Of a stretch of 64,000 bases of DNA, positions 35,926-53,368 are shown in pieces. This DNA comes from Azolla caroliniana. Taxonomy: Eukaryota > Plantae > Polypodiophyta. The notes beneath the pieces are model-generated. The model had not been told where the DNA came from. It ran no database searches and saw only the letters and a program-made list of their open reading frames with translations. The translations under genes were made by a program, and so were the position numbers. Location: NCBI GenBank assembly GCA_043228905.1, contig JBHGNT010000004.1, forward strand, positions 24,800,001-24,864,000. The letters run 5' to 3'. Within the stretch, counting starts at the first letter, position 1. Each line of letters begins with the position of its first letter.

Positions 35926-36318
35926 TAACAATCAGCAACAATTCGGTTTGAACTGAACCGAACCGCTAAACCGCGATTTAACGGCTTAACAGTTTCAACG
36001 GTTTGGTTCAGTTTCAACAATAAAAAACCGCGGTTTAAACGGTTTAACGATTTTTTATTTTTTATTTCTAAAAAATTAAAAAATTTGTTTTTAAACAATC
36101 TTTTCATTTTTAGACCTTATTCTCACATTTTTAAAAAATTAAAAATTTGACCTATGTTGAAAACCGTAACCGAACCATGAAACCACGGTTTAATGGTTTA
36201 ATGGTTTGAAAAATGTTTAACGGTCTCGTGGTTCGGTTCGGTTTGGTTCAGGTTTCAAAAAATTTAAACGGTTCGGTTTGGACCCTCTCAAACCGAACCG
36301 AACCGTTGCCGATTGTTA
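35926..36318. mobile_element. hAT-family MITE (393 bp)
   Basis: TIRs TAACAATCAGCAAC / GTTGCCGATTGTTA; perfect 8-bp TSD CTTATGTG (35918-35925, 36319-36326); many subterminal AACCG/CGGTT motifs. Confidence 0.92.
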
Positions 36319-39300
36319 CTTATGTGGGATACTTTTGTACTAAATTTATTTTCGACGTGGTTGAAGATTAGAAACACCACAAGAGCATGGGAACATTAGA
36401 GATGAGATAAGGAGAACATGTATAATGAGAGAAGTATGCATAATTATGAGGGATGAAGGGTGCTTATTATTAGTGAGATAATCTGTTGGCTTACTATTTT
36501 TTAGGAAATAATTGCCTCTTTCTTTTACTTGGTGGGACTCATTGCATTGTGTGAGATGAAGGATCAAGAGGTCCTCATGATTATGGATGTATTGATGTTA
36601 TGTAGAGGTCATAACCACATTCACCCTAAATACATTTACGTACTAAACATGCTAACATTGTTGCTGAGTTCTCATTAAGAGACACATGAAAAAGACACCT
36701 AAACCAACCCCATTGACGGAATCTAGATTCTAGTGTAATTCATTGCTAGTACATTGGAAATCAATGGACATGTTATTGAAAGGTTGACTTGACTAACATA
36801 AATATTGACAAAGTATCATTTTCAATTGCCAATGGCCATCACGCTAGACACCATTTTTTGTTTATTATCAACGTTCAATATTATATCCAAAATTTGTATA
36901 TATAGTAAAGATCACAACAAAATATATTTGATCCAATTTGAAAACAAGAAGTAGTAGAAGAAAGTGCAACTTTTCATTTTTTGAATTAAATAGAAAAGAC
37001 TAATAATGTATGTAAAGCTTCCTTCACAAGATGCTCTTTAAAGCTATAACACTTATTTGGCAACTTTGGTTCATTTGATGTTGCCAAACCTTGATAGGCA
37101 AAAACCATAGTAGTATGGGTTGGCACAATGAGATTGTCAATGTTTCATAAAAATGATGCATAATATCCTCTGAGTGCCTGCCATAATCTATAAGTATCAT
37201 CAAGTATAGCCTTCATCCTTGAGTATCTTCCTCATTGTGATACAATCTCTACATTGAACATTTTGTTTGGTCACATGTTCTTTTGTCCTTTTCTTGGAAA
37301 ATGAGTCGTAGTACCAAAGTATCATTTTCTATCATTAATAGATCTAAACCCATGTGCATGGGACAAACTTTGCCTACCCTGTGAACAAGAGAAATGGTTT
37401 GAATGTACTAAGTACAAGGTTGTTTCAATAGGATACATAGCAATAATGGCACTCAACATCATGGTACACACTTTTGAGAGATGAATGAATAGACTTGGAT
37501 AGCCTTTGTATTATGGAAAACAATAAATCTCCACAAAGCTACAAACATAGCCTTCACATTCCTTCAATTGTTGTGACCATCTATGCATACATTAAAGGTT
37601 CATAAAATACATCTCATGAGTGAAAAACCATATGATATGTTTGCTATTGCAAGAGAGTAGTATTTTTTTCATCATAATAGATGATAATATGTTTTCTTGG
37701 CATCAACAATTGAAGCATTAAATAACAAAGGTTCACAACCAATGTGGAATATTGTATTACAAAAAGCTAAGTAGCTTGACCATTTCTCCATTCCATAAGC
37801 TAATTCTCTTACCATCCTGTTGTAAATTCGTTTAGAGGAGAATTTGACCAACATCAAGATTGGCCATGCAGATCACTTGGACATTTTTATTCAAAGCGGA
37901 TTAACACTAGTGGTTGTAAGTACATACATCAAGTTTCAATGCAAATCCATGCACACATATCTTAAGGACATAAAATGTTATCACCCAATGGGCATTATTG
38001 TGCCAATACAACAGATGATTAAGGTTACAAATGTGAAACAATGCTTACATAATGTTTCAAGTTTCAACCCTTACTACAACTTGTTGAGGTTGTTTAGCTC
38101 CACATTTGAGAGGAAACAAACGTACATCAAATTATAATATACCCCAATAAGAGACAAAAATCTTAAAGTTTGTGTTAGCTAGAGATTTACACATGTGATT
38201 TACCTTGACAAAATGTTTTTCATTACTACTATGAAACAAAGCCACATATCATTATTAATATCACTTCATCAAAAGTTAGAGTGCCAACTTCGAAATATGC
38301 GCTCCATATCATAGTATTTATTTCAAATCTTGAGAAGGCACATTGGTTTGGGGGATAAGTTTGCATGTGGTTCTAAAAGTTGTTCACATATTAGGTTTGT
38401 CTAAGCAACGAAAATCTAAAGAATTCCCTTTGTGATAGATGTCTTGATATGGAGGATGTGTGTTGGTTGAATGTACACCACTTAAAGTAAGTAGATACAA
38501 GCATGCCCCATGTTTTTTGGACCCCATGTAGAAACAAGTAAAACCATCATTTGAGGAAGACCATCTATCAGGGACATACTAGATCTCATAACCATGAGCA
38601 TGGTTTATCCCCTCTCACTTTCATAATTTAATGAGGTTCAAGGTTTATAGAATGCATAGAATCAAAATGGATGATTATCTCTACAAAGTTTGAAAATAAT
38701 TAGTTGTATCTCCTATCAATTCATTTCATTCCTCCAGTGCATGCAATAAGAGAATGTTGCATGTACAATTGGACTAAATTATGGGAAATAATGAGAATCG
38801 CGAAGTTGCAAGAGAGTAGGATGCAATATTTAATGTAGGACAAGAATGGAAAATGGGTTTATGCTAAAACCTTTAGATCTTGAACCACGTTGCTCGTAGA
38901 AAGTAGGGCTTTAAATCATGTTATTAGCCTTAATCATCACAATTTCTATTACCCATTTCGTTAATCACTTATAACTTATGAGAGCTTAAGTGATAGTTCA
39001 AACTATGTACATTCGCGTTTGGAGAAATGATAAAGTAGATTTTATGTCGATTGATTGAACATGCATAAAATGAAAACAAATGAACCGCTTGGTACAAGTG
39101 TGCGCACCTTACTAAACAACGTTTGCATGCAAGTGTTCTTAATGTTCATAATTATATCATATTGCAACTTGTAGATGATGTAGAGCTTGCCAAGATAGTT
39201 CACAAGGGGTGGACATTTAAGTTTGAAGAGATTTATCAGAACATTTACAAGGAAGTAAGGCTCAATTGGTTTGAGGATTCAAATACTTCTAATATAATAA

Positions 39301-41599
39301 AGAGTGTGTAATGTAACTTTAAAAATCAGATTCCTATATTATGGAATGCTGATAAGATTTTAGTGAATGTGGCGCAATGGATTCAAGAAAACAACTAATA
39401 AATGACAACACATTTGTGTTTAACCAATGGGATCAAGTCGACAATATAATCATAGAGGATGAAAAAACTCATGATATTATTGACACAAGGATTTTGACAC
39501 TAAACATTACCTTGATATTTTAGAGTGATGTCAAAATAGGGTTACACATTAACATGGATTTTTTATTATCTGACATCACCAATGTTTTGACCTATAATTA
39601 TATATGCTTCGATATTTTTGGAGTTTTCTTAAACGTAGAAATGATTGCCTTTGTATGAATTGAGAGATCTTTAATTTATGGAAGGGTTTTTGAAGTTTTG
39701 GTTTTTAGAAACACCCAAAATATCCTAATTAAACTATAATAGAATTTTGGTTCTTGTTTAACGAAAGCTTTTGTTTTATTTGACATTATGGATATTGGAT
39801 TTACACTTTGGTTAATATGTGCATCTTGGGTTTGATAATATCAAAGGTTAATGCCTCCTTTGTACATGTTTAATGTTAGATTATCTCATCCATGGATCAA
39901 ACACATTGTATTGTGCGTCCAATTTTCTAGTAAGTATCACCCATCATAAATATCATATATTGTCTAACCCAGCAATGAGGGACTTGTGGAACATGTGCCT
40001 CATTGTACACTATAGTTGAAGATTTCTTCTCCTTCGTAGTTATTATGTTTTTTTATTAACATAAGAGGATCACAATGTTATTATAAAGGAGGTGCTACAA
40101 GTGGTGAAGTTGTGGATGCTTAAGTCTTAATCCATTGGAGCTAGGGTGTCACGATTAGAAATTGAGAACTCCTTTGAGGCATTTGATCTTCGATGATATG
40201 AATTTTTTAAACACAAGGAAATTCAACATTGTTGGATTATTACAACGACGCCTAACCTTTTTGGCATGCATTTCAACTTTACGGTTCTCATATTTTACAT
40301 TAGTATAAAAATCTTTGTACTTGTCTTAAGTAGCTAATTGTGGACTTGCTCCTTTATGTTCAACTTTTTAGTACGTTTACTCTCATGTATATCCATGTGT
40401 CAATTTCATGGCCCCCTCTCAAGAAAAAGAAAAAGACGTAATAGTTTCCTTTGAAGGTTCCCTCTTGTTAGAGTTTAATTTTCTTTTCTTTTGTTGGTTT
40501 TCAGCATGTTTTGCAACTTTGGTTTGTACATATTGTTTAGGTGCCATTATGTGTGATACTCAACATCATAATTTGAGGCGTATCTGAAAACTCCTTGTCA
40601 AGGTTTTTTATGAATACAATACACCGATTAACATTCTCTATGGAAATAATATATAGAAAAAGAGGGATTTAAAGACTCCTATTTAATAGACATGCTATAT
40701 CTAAAATATCATGTTTGCCCCGAGGCTTTGTGACTAAAGCTTAACTCAAAACCATTGTTTTTTATCAACTTAATGTATTTTGGATGCAGGGTCAAGCTTT
40801 GTTTATTGCTTGTTTGATAAATGACACTAGACCCCAATTGTACAAAGACTAACACACCACCAATGTATCATGATGTTGTTTGAGGTTTCCCATGGAGTTG
40901 CATGAAGGTTCCCATAGCCACCCCTCGTTATCAAAATGCGGCCATTGTTGTAGATACCACAAATTGAGGTAATCACTTTGGCCATTGTAGAAGATGTAGG
41001 AATTGAGACAAGTAAATAATTCTAACTAAGTGTTGAGACACTCACACGCTACTGCTCAACAAATAATTAGAAGAGACAATATATGTAACTAGACATGCTC
41101 ACATTTTATTATGAAGATTAAGGAGACAAATACTTGAGCTCAATTAAGCAATTACATCTCAAAATATGCTCTTGTAATGCTTAGTTCATTACAAAGGATA
41201 GTCCACCTTTGCTTAAATTTATCTCTCTTTGTTTATGGGGTTAACCCTGAAATTATTTACTAGATATATTTACATTTGAACGCTTAGATTAACATCATAA
41301 CTAATTACCAGTACTATTTTCAAGGTTTGCAAATGTTCGCCAAAATGACAACGTAAGGTGTTTACATTGATCTAGTTACAAATGTTTTTTGAATTTAATA
41401 ATCCTATAAGATAGGAAACACCTTGGCATGCTTGTGAGACACCCTCCTAGATGTGTGTGAACACAACAAAACACATTTTTTCTTAAAATTCTTATATGCC
41501 TTTGTTGCACACTATCCCTCTTCTTATTTTGATTTTTTACAATCACGTATAGATTTATGTTTTTCTTCACCCACATCATGGAGCACTAGTCTTGTATTG

Positions 41600-41830
41600 G
41601 GAACATAGCTTTGCTCTTTCAACTGAGAATTCAGGGTGTCTAGTTTTGCATATATATAGCCTTGCAATCGGGATGCCACTGATCATGAGGAAAGCATATA
41701 TGAATTTCATCGTTCACCTCAATCATGCTGCATCCTAGTTGTTTCTTTACTCCTCGTTGGGCCATCGTTTCTCTTAGCATCATTCCATCTCTCATAATCC
41801 ATTTGTTGCATAAATATTCGAGAGCACGAT
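41600..41830 (-). pseudogene. Fragment of a PLS-class PPR E/E+ domain
   Basis: LRETMAQRGVKKQLGCSMIEVNDEIHICFPHDQWHPDCKAIY matches the E+ consensus M..RG.KK.PG.SWIEV....H.F...D..HP....IY. No upstream PPR ORF. Confidence 0.8.
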
Positions 41831-42580
41831 ATACAAAGTTCAATTGTCGGCTTCCACCCTCTTCTTATTCTTATTTGTTCTCTTCTTATCGCTTAAGTTG
41901 TTTTGGGTAAAATGAAGAGTGTGCATGGTATACTAGCTTATATGCCCATTTCCGTTACAACTTTTGACCTAAATGCTACAATGAGTTTTGGCAGTCATTT
42001 GGTCATCATCATCATCATCATCATCATCCAAACATGTGCTTCCTATGTTGTTCATTTGAGTATTTTGAACTTCATACGTTGAAGATCTCCCACCATGCAC
42101 GAGTGGCCAATTTCTTAGTGGAATGAATGCATACATTCCGAATAGTAAAGAAGGAATGAACATGTGAAACATAACGATAATAACCACATCATCTTTACTG
42201 CATTTGTCAATGCAACAAAGTCTAATAAGAGGTAAGCTATTGTAATTAATTGTCAATGCGTTTTGCCTTGGAGGTGACGCCAAAATGTTCTTCATACATT
42301 ATTGTTCTCTTGGGGGGGGGGGGGGGGGGGTTGTGATGAAGATGGTCGATTAGCTTCCCACACTCTCCTCTTTCTATGAATAAGTCTTGTGTATCCAAAA
42401 TTGTAATTAGTGGCTAAGTTTCTCATTTAGGAGCTAATTTTGTGATTAGGGTTAATTTAGGGCCTAATTTTGTAATTTTTGCCTTTCCTTGTTTTAGTTT
42501 TCTTAATTCACATTTTTGGCCCCTCCCCCCCCCCCCCCCCCCCCTCCTTTCTTCCTTCCTTTCTGCTGCACCCGCCATAG

Positions 42581-46704
<4,124 letters not shown>

Positions 46705-49465
46705 GGCCCCAGCTGGCATATACATTATGGATAGAGCTGCTCAAATTTAATACAAATCTGGATTTGATGTTAATGTTAAAAACAAATTTTCATATTAAAC
46801 TAATCACATGCCATAGTGCATTGTTTACTCTTACTTTATGGTGGTTATTTTGTTGGTGAGAGCTTCCATGTTTTGTTGTGGCATTAGCAGTCAAATAGTA
46901 AGTGCTAGACAAGAGAAACAATCTAATCCATGCCATAGGAATAATAGCATAGGATACACAACAATTTGTACAAGTTCTCTAGCTTTTATATTTATATATA
47001 TAAATATATTCACATCTCTTATTCCTGAACTCTTTTTGTTTTTTTATTTTTTAGTCATTACTTTGAAGACAGTTTATCCATGTGGTAGTTGCTAATATAA
47101 TAGGATATGAATACTTGGCTTTTAGCAGGACATGCCATGGTGCTGAATTATGTAAGTCGAGCAATAATTCTACAAGTTGCGACTCATGATTCTTTCACGT
47201 TTGTTGTAATTGATAGAATATTAGAATCAATGTATTCTCTTTTTCTTTTGGTGTTCTGATTAGATTCTGTGACTTCCTTTATAAACCAAATCTCCCTTTT
47301 CCTTTTTATTTTCTTTTTAATGAGAATATGGAAACTTCTCATTTTGTCTTCAACACTTGATTCTACTTGCGTGTTTCAATTGATGGCCTCTTTTAGTTTG
47401 CATATATTCCCAATATAAAGGAAATAAAAGGTTACTTCTTAAGATGGTCCAACTTCTACTTGGACCAGAAGAAATCATGTCTTCCAATCTGTCATTTAAT
47501 TATAGATAGTATCTTGTGTTCAGCAGGCATGTTATCGTATTGGGTGCTGGGAGAGTACGATATGTTGGCTGTCCTTCCAGAGTGATTGGATCCTATGAGC
47601 TGTATTTAATGACATGGTTGAATCAGAGCTATATGTTGCAGTTTTGAATTGCAACCAAGCACTTTAGGACCTACCCTAGGAAGAATGGTAGAGATCATCA
47701 TGGCTGGGCAAGATATCCTCGAAACACATTGAAGTTTAGAAAAAGCTCTACCTCGAGAGAAGAGATTTCAACAATCAAACCACCATGCCTTACAACCACA
47801 ATTATAGATAATGGAGAGGAAGGTAGAGGCCATACACGTGGATTCGACTTAATTCTTACTAGTTGCATTATGTTACTTCCCTCCTAGGAGATTGAGATAT
47901 TCAAAAGCAAACGACAATCAAGAAGCTAGGTTTCCATGATACAACATTGGTTGACTTATGGCTAGATAACATGTGATATCGCAAACATCTACAAGATCTA
48001 AGGTTTTGACACCATCTAGATACTTGCAATAGGGCAAACTTATGGAAAATTTCTTGCAACTTGACATGTTTCTCTCTAGGAGGCAGTGTGTAACACATCT
48101 AACCCCTGTGATCGGAACCACAACATGCCACCTTGACGGATAGAGAAGGCCTTGTGAGTTGTGGCCTTCTAAGTCTTTTTGACAGATGGAGATGACACCC
48201 ATGACTCACAATAGGACAATTAATTCAAATGAACTAATGGGATCTATTAAACTAGATAGAGGGTGGTTGGGCGGTATGTTCAATTGGACCAGATACATCA
48301 CGTAGCCATCCCTACGTAGTTGAATATTGTTGGTCATGCTCCACCCTAATCATAAATTTTTTTTCTGTGGTGTAACACGGTGGGAGTGTACTTTATTTCC
48401 TCACGACAAGGGAAACCTCCCAACACAAAAGTTTCACCATCCGACCTTGCTTGATCAGTGATGGCCATGCATATTTTTCTATAACCTCGCCCCCATGCAC
48501 TATCATCTGTTTCATCTAGAAACAAGCAAAGATTTATAGTCACCAAGTTCAACAAGGATCCTACCATCTAATTCCAACCACACCATTGGATGCCCTTATC
48601 TCCCAACACTTAGATATACTTCACATCTTTGCCATTCCTAGTTTTCCTAAATAATCAAGACAAGGAATACTCTCCAAGATAGACGACTTTATGAATGTAA
48701 GCGTTGGTGTGATTCTAATTATGACATTTTTATGTAGAAAGCTTGTATCATATTGCTCACCAACCACTAGGTGACAACCATCTTAGGACTAAGTCATATA
48801 TTTTAAGAAACACAAACTACATTCACCAAATTCCTTTGGCTTGTACATCGAATCTTGGATCATTTCTCATTGAAATCATAAATATGGTAAGCATTGAGGA
48901 ACAAAGAAGTTCAAAAGCATATCAAAGAAAATATTTGAAATTTGGCTAGATGCAAGATATGAAGAATGATTTGGAAGATGGATGTAGTAAATTTGATTGA
49001 TGGTACTTACTTAGATTACTTTGTGAAGGCAACTTCTTTACAATGACCATGTATTATGGCTTGGAGATATGTGGAGACTCGCAAGTCACACATAATTTTA
49101 CACATGTTGCATTAACTACAAGACCATCTTATTCTCCAAACAAGAGAAACACACCTACCCATATATGCTATAGACTATCCATGGCATCTTATTCTTTTCA
49201 ATGTGATAGGGTATTCGTGCAAGTTTTGCCACAAACACAGTGGTAAGTCCGTAAGTATAAATAACACTATTCTATAATTCTCCACATTCTATCTAGTTTG
49301 CTTTCCCACATTTTCAAACTCTGATCCAAACACATGTTCCTATGCCATAATGTGAATTGCAATGTTAATTAGTATAATGCTAGAACACCAAAAATCACTA
49401 GTTAAGATCCACGCACAATCTCTTTGGTTCTATTGATTATGCAAGGACAATAATAAAATCTATCA

Positions 49466-49550
49466 ATATAAATCATGCTTTTTATTGTCCCCTTGGTTAT
49501 GTTAAGATATAAATCACACTTTTTATTGTCCCCTTGGTTATGTTAAGATA
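49466..49550. repeat. ~41-bp tandem duplication
   Basis: ATATAAATCA..CTTTTTATTGTCCCCTTGGTTATGTTAAG occurs twice. Confidence 0.85.
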
Positions 49551-50142
49551 CTACCAAGGTGCCAATGCATAAACTTGTTAGTGCCTCGCTCTTCACAAAG
49601 GATGAGCTTAAAATTATGCTCTCGGATAATCCTCCCATTGAGGCATCATAGGCAGCTTAACCCAATGATTTTGCCCCTTAATTTCCAGGACCCTGAAAAT
49701 AAACTTCTCTTTTTGTCCACCGTTCAGAAATTGAGATCGTGGTGTACTAAAGGCACCTCGATGATCTGATCATCTTTGAAGTTTTAATTGACATGCACAA
49801 CCTGCATATTTCCATTGAGGTCGCTTTTAATTTAGATCGTGTGGATATCTTAGTCCCATGGGTCGTTATATAATTATAACAAATAGAAGTTGGGTTATCT
49901 CAGCATAGCAAAAACTTCAACCACAAAAGCATCTAGACAGACACTACATGCTCTCTAATTACATTACAAAGTCCAAATTTTTAAAATATGGCTCATCTTA
50001 GTGCTTGATTAGCCTAAAAGTAACCATCGATGGTGAAACATGTGTAAGGAGAAACACAAACAAACATCTCAAAAGATGGATAATATAATAGTAACAGAGC
50101 ACCACAAACTTCAATAACTCTCAATATGAAGTACAAGATCCT

Positions 50143-50276
50143 CGATCATAATAATGAACTTCATACATAATGTACACAATCACCCACCGATCATAATAAT
50201 GAACTTCATACATAATGTACACAATCACCCACCGATCATAATAATGAACTTCATACATAATGTACACAATCACCCA
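50143..50276. repeat. 45-bp x3 perfect tandem repeat downstream of ClpP
   Basis: CGATCATAATAATGAACTTCATACATAATGTACACAATCACCCAC at 50143, 50188 and 50233. Confidence 0.95.
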
Positions 50277-50753
50277 ACATCTTTCCATCCACATAATCAT
50301 AAAGAGGAAACATAGACTGATTACTGAAGTACATATCCAAGACTTCATCATAAGAAAACAATGTGTCAATAAATATGAAAATCCATTTCAGACAAAAAAG
50401 ATGATTGAACCAACTTGATCATAATTGAAATTTATGTTGGTATATACACATTATCAATGGCCAAAAAGCTTTTCCGGGAGAATAATCATTGTCAATGTGA
50501 ACTGAAGCTATCATCAATTATCAATTTGTAAAGGAAGAAAGAAACCCCTACATCATTCAAAATAAAAGAACATACAAATCTATGGTGTGAAGGAAGAGGA
50601 AGAATAGCCGACCCCATCGATCTAAGTATTCATTCATGAGGTCCATAAAAGAACAACATGGTTTTGGTTACCAATTTGTTCACCAATTCAAAAAAAGAAA
50701 AGAGTTAGAAAACGGCGTGTTTTGAATAGGAAAGGGAGTTTGATGAAAATTTA

Positions 50754-51485
50754 CTATTTTGGCGGCTGTGCAGGAGGAGGACTAGTGTCTGCAACAAGAG
50801 ATGCGGGTCTCGATTCGATAACTTCATCAATGAGCCCAAAATCCTTGGCTTCCTGGGGGGAGAGGAACTTATCGCGTTCCATACTCTCCTCGATCTTATC
50901 CAAGGCGGCGCCTGTATGCTTGGCATAGAGGCGATTGAGCCGATCGCGCATCTCCAAGATCTCCCGAGCATGGATGGCGATATCGCTGGCCTGGCCACTC
51001 GCTCCGCCCGAGGGCTGATGGATCATGACCCTCGAGTTCGGCAGCGATCTCCGTTCACCATGTGCGCCAGCACAAAGCAGGAGCGATCCCATGGAGCATG
51101 CCTGTCCGACGCAAAGTGTGCTCACGGGGCTCCGGATGTATTGCATCGTGTCATAGATAGCAAGGCCAGCCGTGACGACGCCTCCAGGCGAGTTTATGTA
51201 GAGCTGTATCGGCTTCTGGGGGTTCTCCGACTCGAGGTAGAGGAGCTGTGCTACGATCAGAGAAGCAGTGTCGTCTGAGATGGGGCCGTTGATGCACACG
51301 ATTCGTTCTTTCAAGAGGCGGGAGAAGATGTCATAGGCTCGCTCACCACGAGGTGAGTGCTCGATCACCATGGGGACTAGGCTCATATCCCTGGCCTTCT
51401 GTTCCCATGAGTGTGGAAGAAGGGGTAATGGCGGCGACGAAGAAGACCTTGTTCTCAACAGAGTTCTCCTCACATGGCACAACAT
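50754..51485 (-). CDS. CLPP2: ATP-dependent Clp protease proteolytic subunit, mitochondrial type, intronless
   Basis: R/S-rich N-terminal targeting-like peptide, then [34 protein letters not shown], catalytic S (GQACSMGS), H (MIHQP) and D (ERDKF). Confidence 0.93.
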   Translation of the reverse strand: MLCHVRRTLLRTRSSSSPPLPLLPHSWEQKARDMSLVPMVIEHSPRGERAYDIFSRLLKERIVCINGPISDDTASLIVAQLLYLESENPQKPIQLYINSPGGVVTAGLAIYDTMQYIRSPVSTLCVGQACSMGSLLLCAGAHGERRSLPNSRVMIHQPSGGASGQASDIAIHAREILEMRDRLNRLYAKHTGAALDKIEESMERDKFLSPQEAKDFGLIDEVIESRPASLVADTSPPPAQPPK

Positions 51486-51593
51486 CTTTCTGTGTCTCCT
51501 CCTCTGTATCTGTCCGCTTTACTGTTCTTCTCTGATTCCTGTCTTTCTTCGCCTGTCTGTCTGTATTTATGCGTGAAGGAGACAGGCTCTCTG

Positions 51594-51602
51594 TTAGGGT
51601 TT
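51594..51602 (-). promoter_or_regulatory. Telo-box (AAACCCTAA) upstream of ClpP
   Basis: TTAGGGTTT lies ~110 bp upstream of the ATG; a common plant promoter element. Confidence 0.45.
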
Positions 51603-51687
51603 GCGTTTCTGTTCTGTGCCACCGTTTCTTTCAGTTAACCTCAACCCTGAACCCTCTAAAAACGAAAGCAAAAAACACCACAAATTT

Positions 51688-51850
51688 GTATGTATGTATC
51701 TACGACACATACATACCATACATACATACATACATACATACATACATACATGATACATACATATACTATTATACACATACCATACATACATACACATACA
51801 TACATACATACATACATATATTATATATACATACCAAACACATACATGAT
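51688..51850. repeat. Degenerate (CATA)n microsatellite
   Basis: Direct reading. Confidence 0.85.
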
Positions 51851-52084
51851 ACAATTACTCAGGTGAAAACTTTGGTCCTTGATTTGGTCACCTTACACCA
51901 CATTGTTGGTCGGTTCCATGACTTTCTGTTCATCTTGCTTCGGTCACAATGTGGATTCCCCGAGAATCCCATCCCCTATCCTATGTCGTTCTTGATTGCA
52001 ATTTGTTGGCATTATCATACAATCACTCAACTCACAATGTTCCGTTTCCCGTGACAATCGTGGATTCTTGTTCAGGTCATAATC

Positions 52085-52435
52085 AAGGTTCTAGCAACAT
52101 TTGGTATACAGAAGAAAATTCTAGAATACCATATGTTTATTTCCACTATGCCTTTTCATTATTCCATTTATATGTCCGTTGGCAACTCTTCAAAGATAGA
52201 GAATGGGGGATAATTTGACCATATAACTACCTACTCTTACAATGTTCATTAAGGGCTTTTGTCAAAATAATGAATAACATGACGATAGTTTCTAGTTCTT
52301 CATGAATATTATTATACAATGGAAACCTTTGAATACCACCTCGTTATTTCCTCTACGCTTTTTCATTATTCCATCCAAATGACCATCCTCAACCCTTGAA
52401 AGATAGACAATCTAGGATATTGACCATTTAACAAG
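52085..52435. repeat. Diverged tandem duplication, period ~205 bp
   Basis: GAATACCA...TTATTTCC.CTA.GC.TTTTCATTATTCCAT...CAAC.CTT.AAAGATAGA.AAT..GGATA..TTGACCAT occurs twice. Confidence 0.65.
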
Positions 52436-52519
52436 TTCCAAGAGTGTTTAATTTGGGATATCTAGGACTAGACCAGCTAATCGCGACATATGGGTATGTG
52501 CTTTTTCTCTGACGGATGC

Positions 52520-52745
52520 AACAATACAATTTGCCGGAGAGGTATGTCATGTAACGCCACTAGAAAACCTGACGTTGCACTTGAGGAAATGATTTCCACT
52601 TCTTCACATAGGCTTTCTCCCCATGTCTATTATCAAACATGAAAGCATCTGAAAATTAACCCATTGTCGAGTCCTCAAATAACAACATGTTGAAACTTTC
52701 CAAATATCTGATAAGTACTTTGAAACATAACATCCAAACCTTGTA
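52520..52745 (-). mobile_element. 3'-end fragment of a LINE related to the 23.5-27.9 kb element
   Basis: Minus-strand AFMFDNRHGEKAYVKKWKS resembles TLVFDGRHGVKAYLRKLKG in the C-terminal region of the larger LINE. Confidence 0.6.
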
Positions 52746-52861
52746 GAGAACACGAAACTTAACATCAACGAGCCAAAATTCACAAAAAACGGAGTTTTGG
52801 GTGCAAAGTCACATCAAAAACATGTTTCGACACTATTATTAGAATGCGTAATCGTTCTCTC

Positions 52862-53064
52862 TTTTATTTATTTATCGTAATTAGCTTACCCTAATGGTAA
52901 GTCGTTACTCTACTAGCACTAAACCCAATTTCCTCACCTCTCTAATACTCCATAGATATCTCTTATTTCACTAGATGCCACTATAGAATGTAGGGGTTGA
53001 ACCCATGACCACCTGGTCTCCATTGGGCAACCTTACCTACCAATTAAGCTACATCCATTTGGAC
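52862..53064 (-). mobile_element. tRNA-derived SINE
   Basis: Minus strand reads GTCCAAATGGATGTAGCTTAATTGGTAG (A box TAGCTTAATTGG) ... GGGTTCAACCCC (B box), then a ~120-bp body and an A-rich tail ATAAATAAATAAAAG. Confidence 0.6.
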
Positions 53065-53368
53065 ACACTCACACACAATCTCTCTCTCTCTCTACTTGGT
53101 GAAGGCATAAAATTGAGAGAACTCACATTGGATCCTCACCATGAGCTAAGCCCCGTCTCATTGATCAACACGGTCTTCAATGGATTTTAAAAAGCTATCT
53201 ATCATTCTTTCTTTGTACATATATTTCATGAAAACACAAAATTATATTATTTGCATCCACCTAAGGGTGTTTTGGTACATCTTCACAACTATGTACATGA
53301 AACGGAATAAAGCCTTTTATTATCCAAAAAGACATATACATAACTAGCTGATCCAAATTCTTTGCCCT

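Noticed and set aside
36600-41300. Short ORFs in AT-rich intergenic DNA
   Set aside because: No recognisable motifs or splice-consistent model; probably decayed repeats.
47600-49300. Possible very old gypsy remnant
   Set aside because: Only faint motif hints; no convincing domain could be read.
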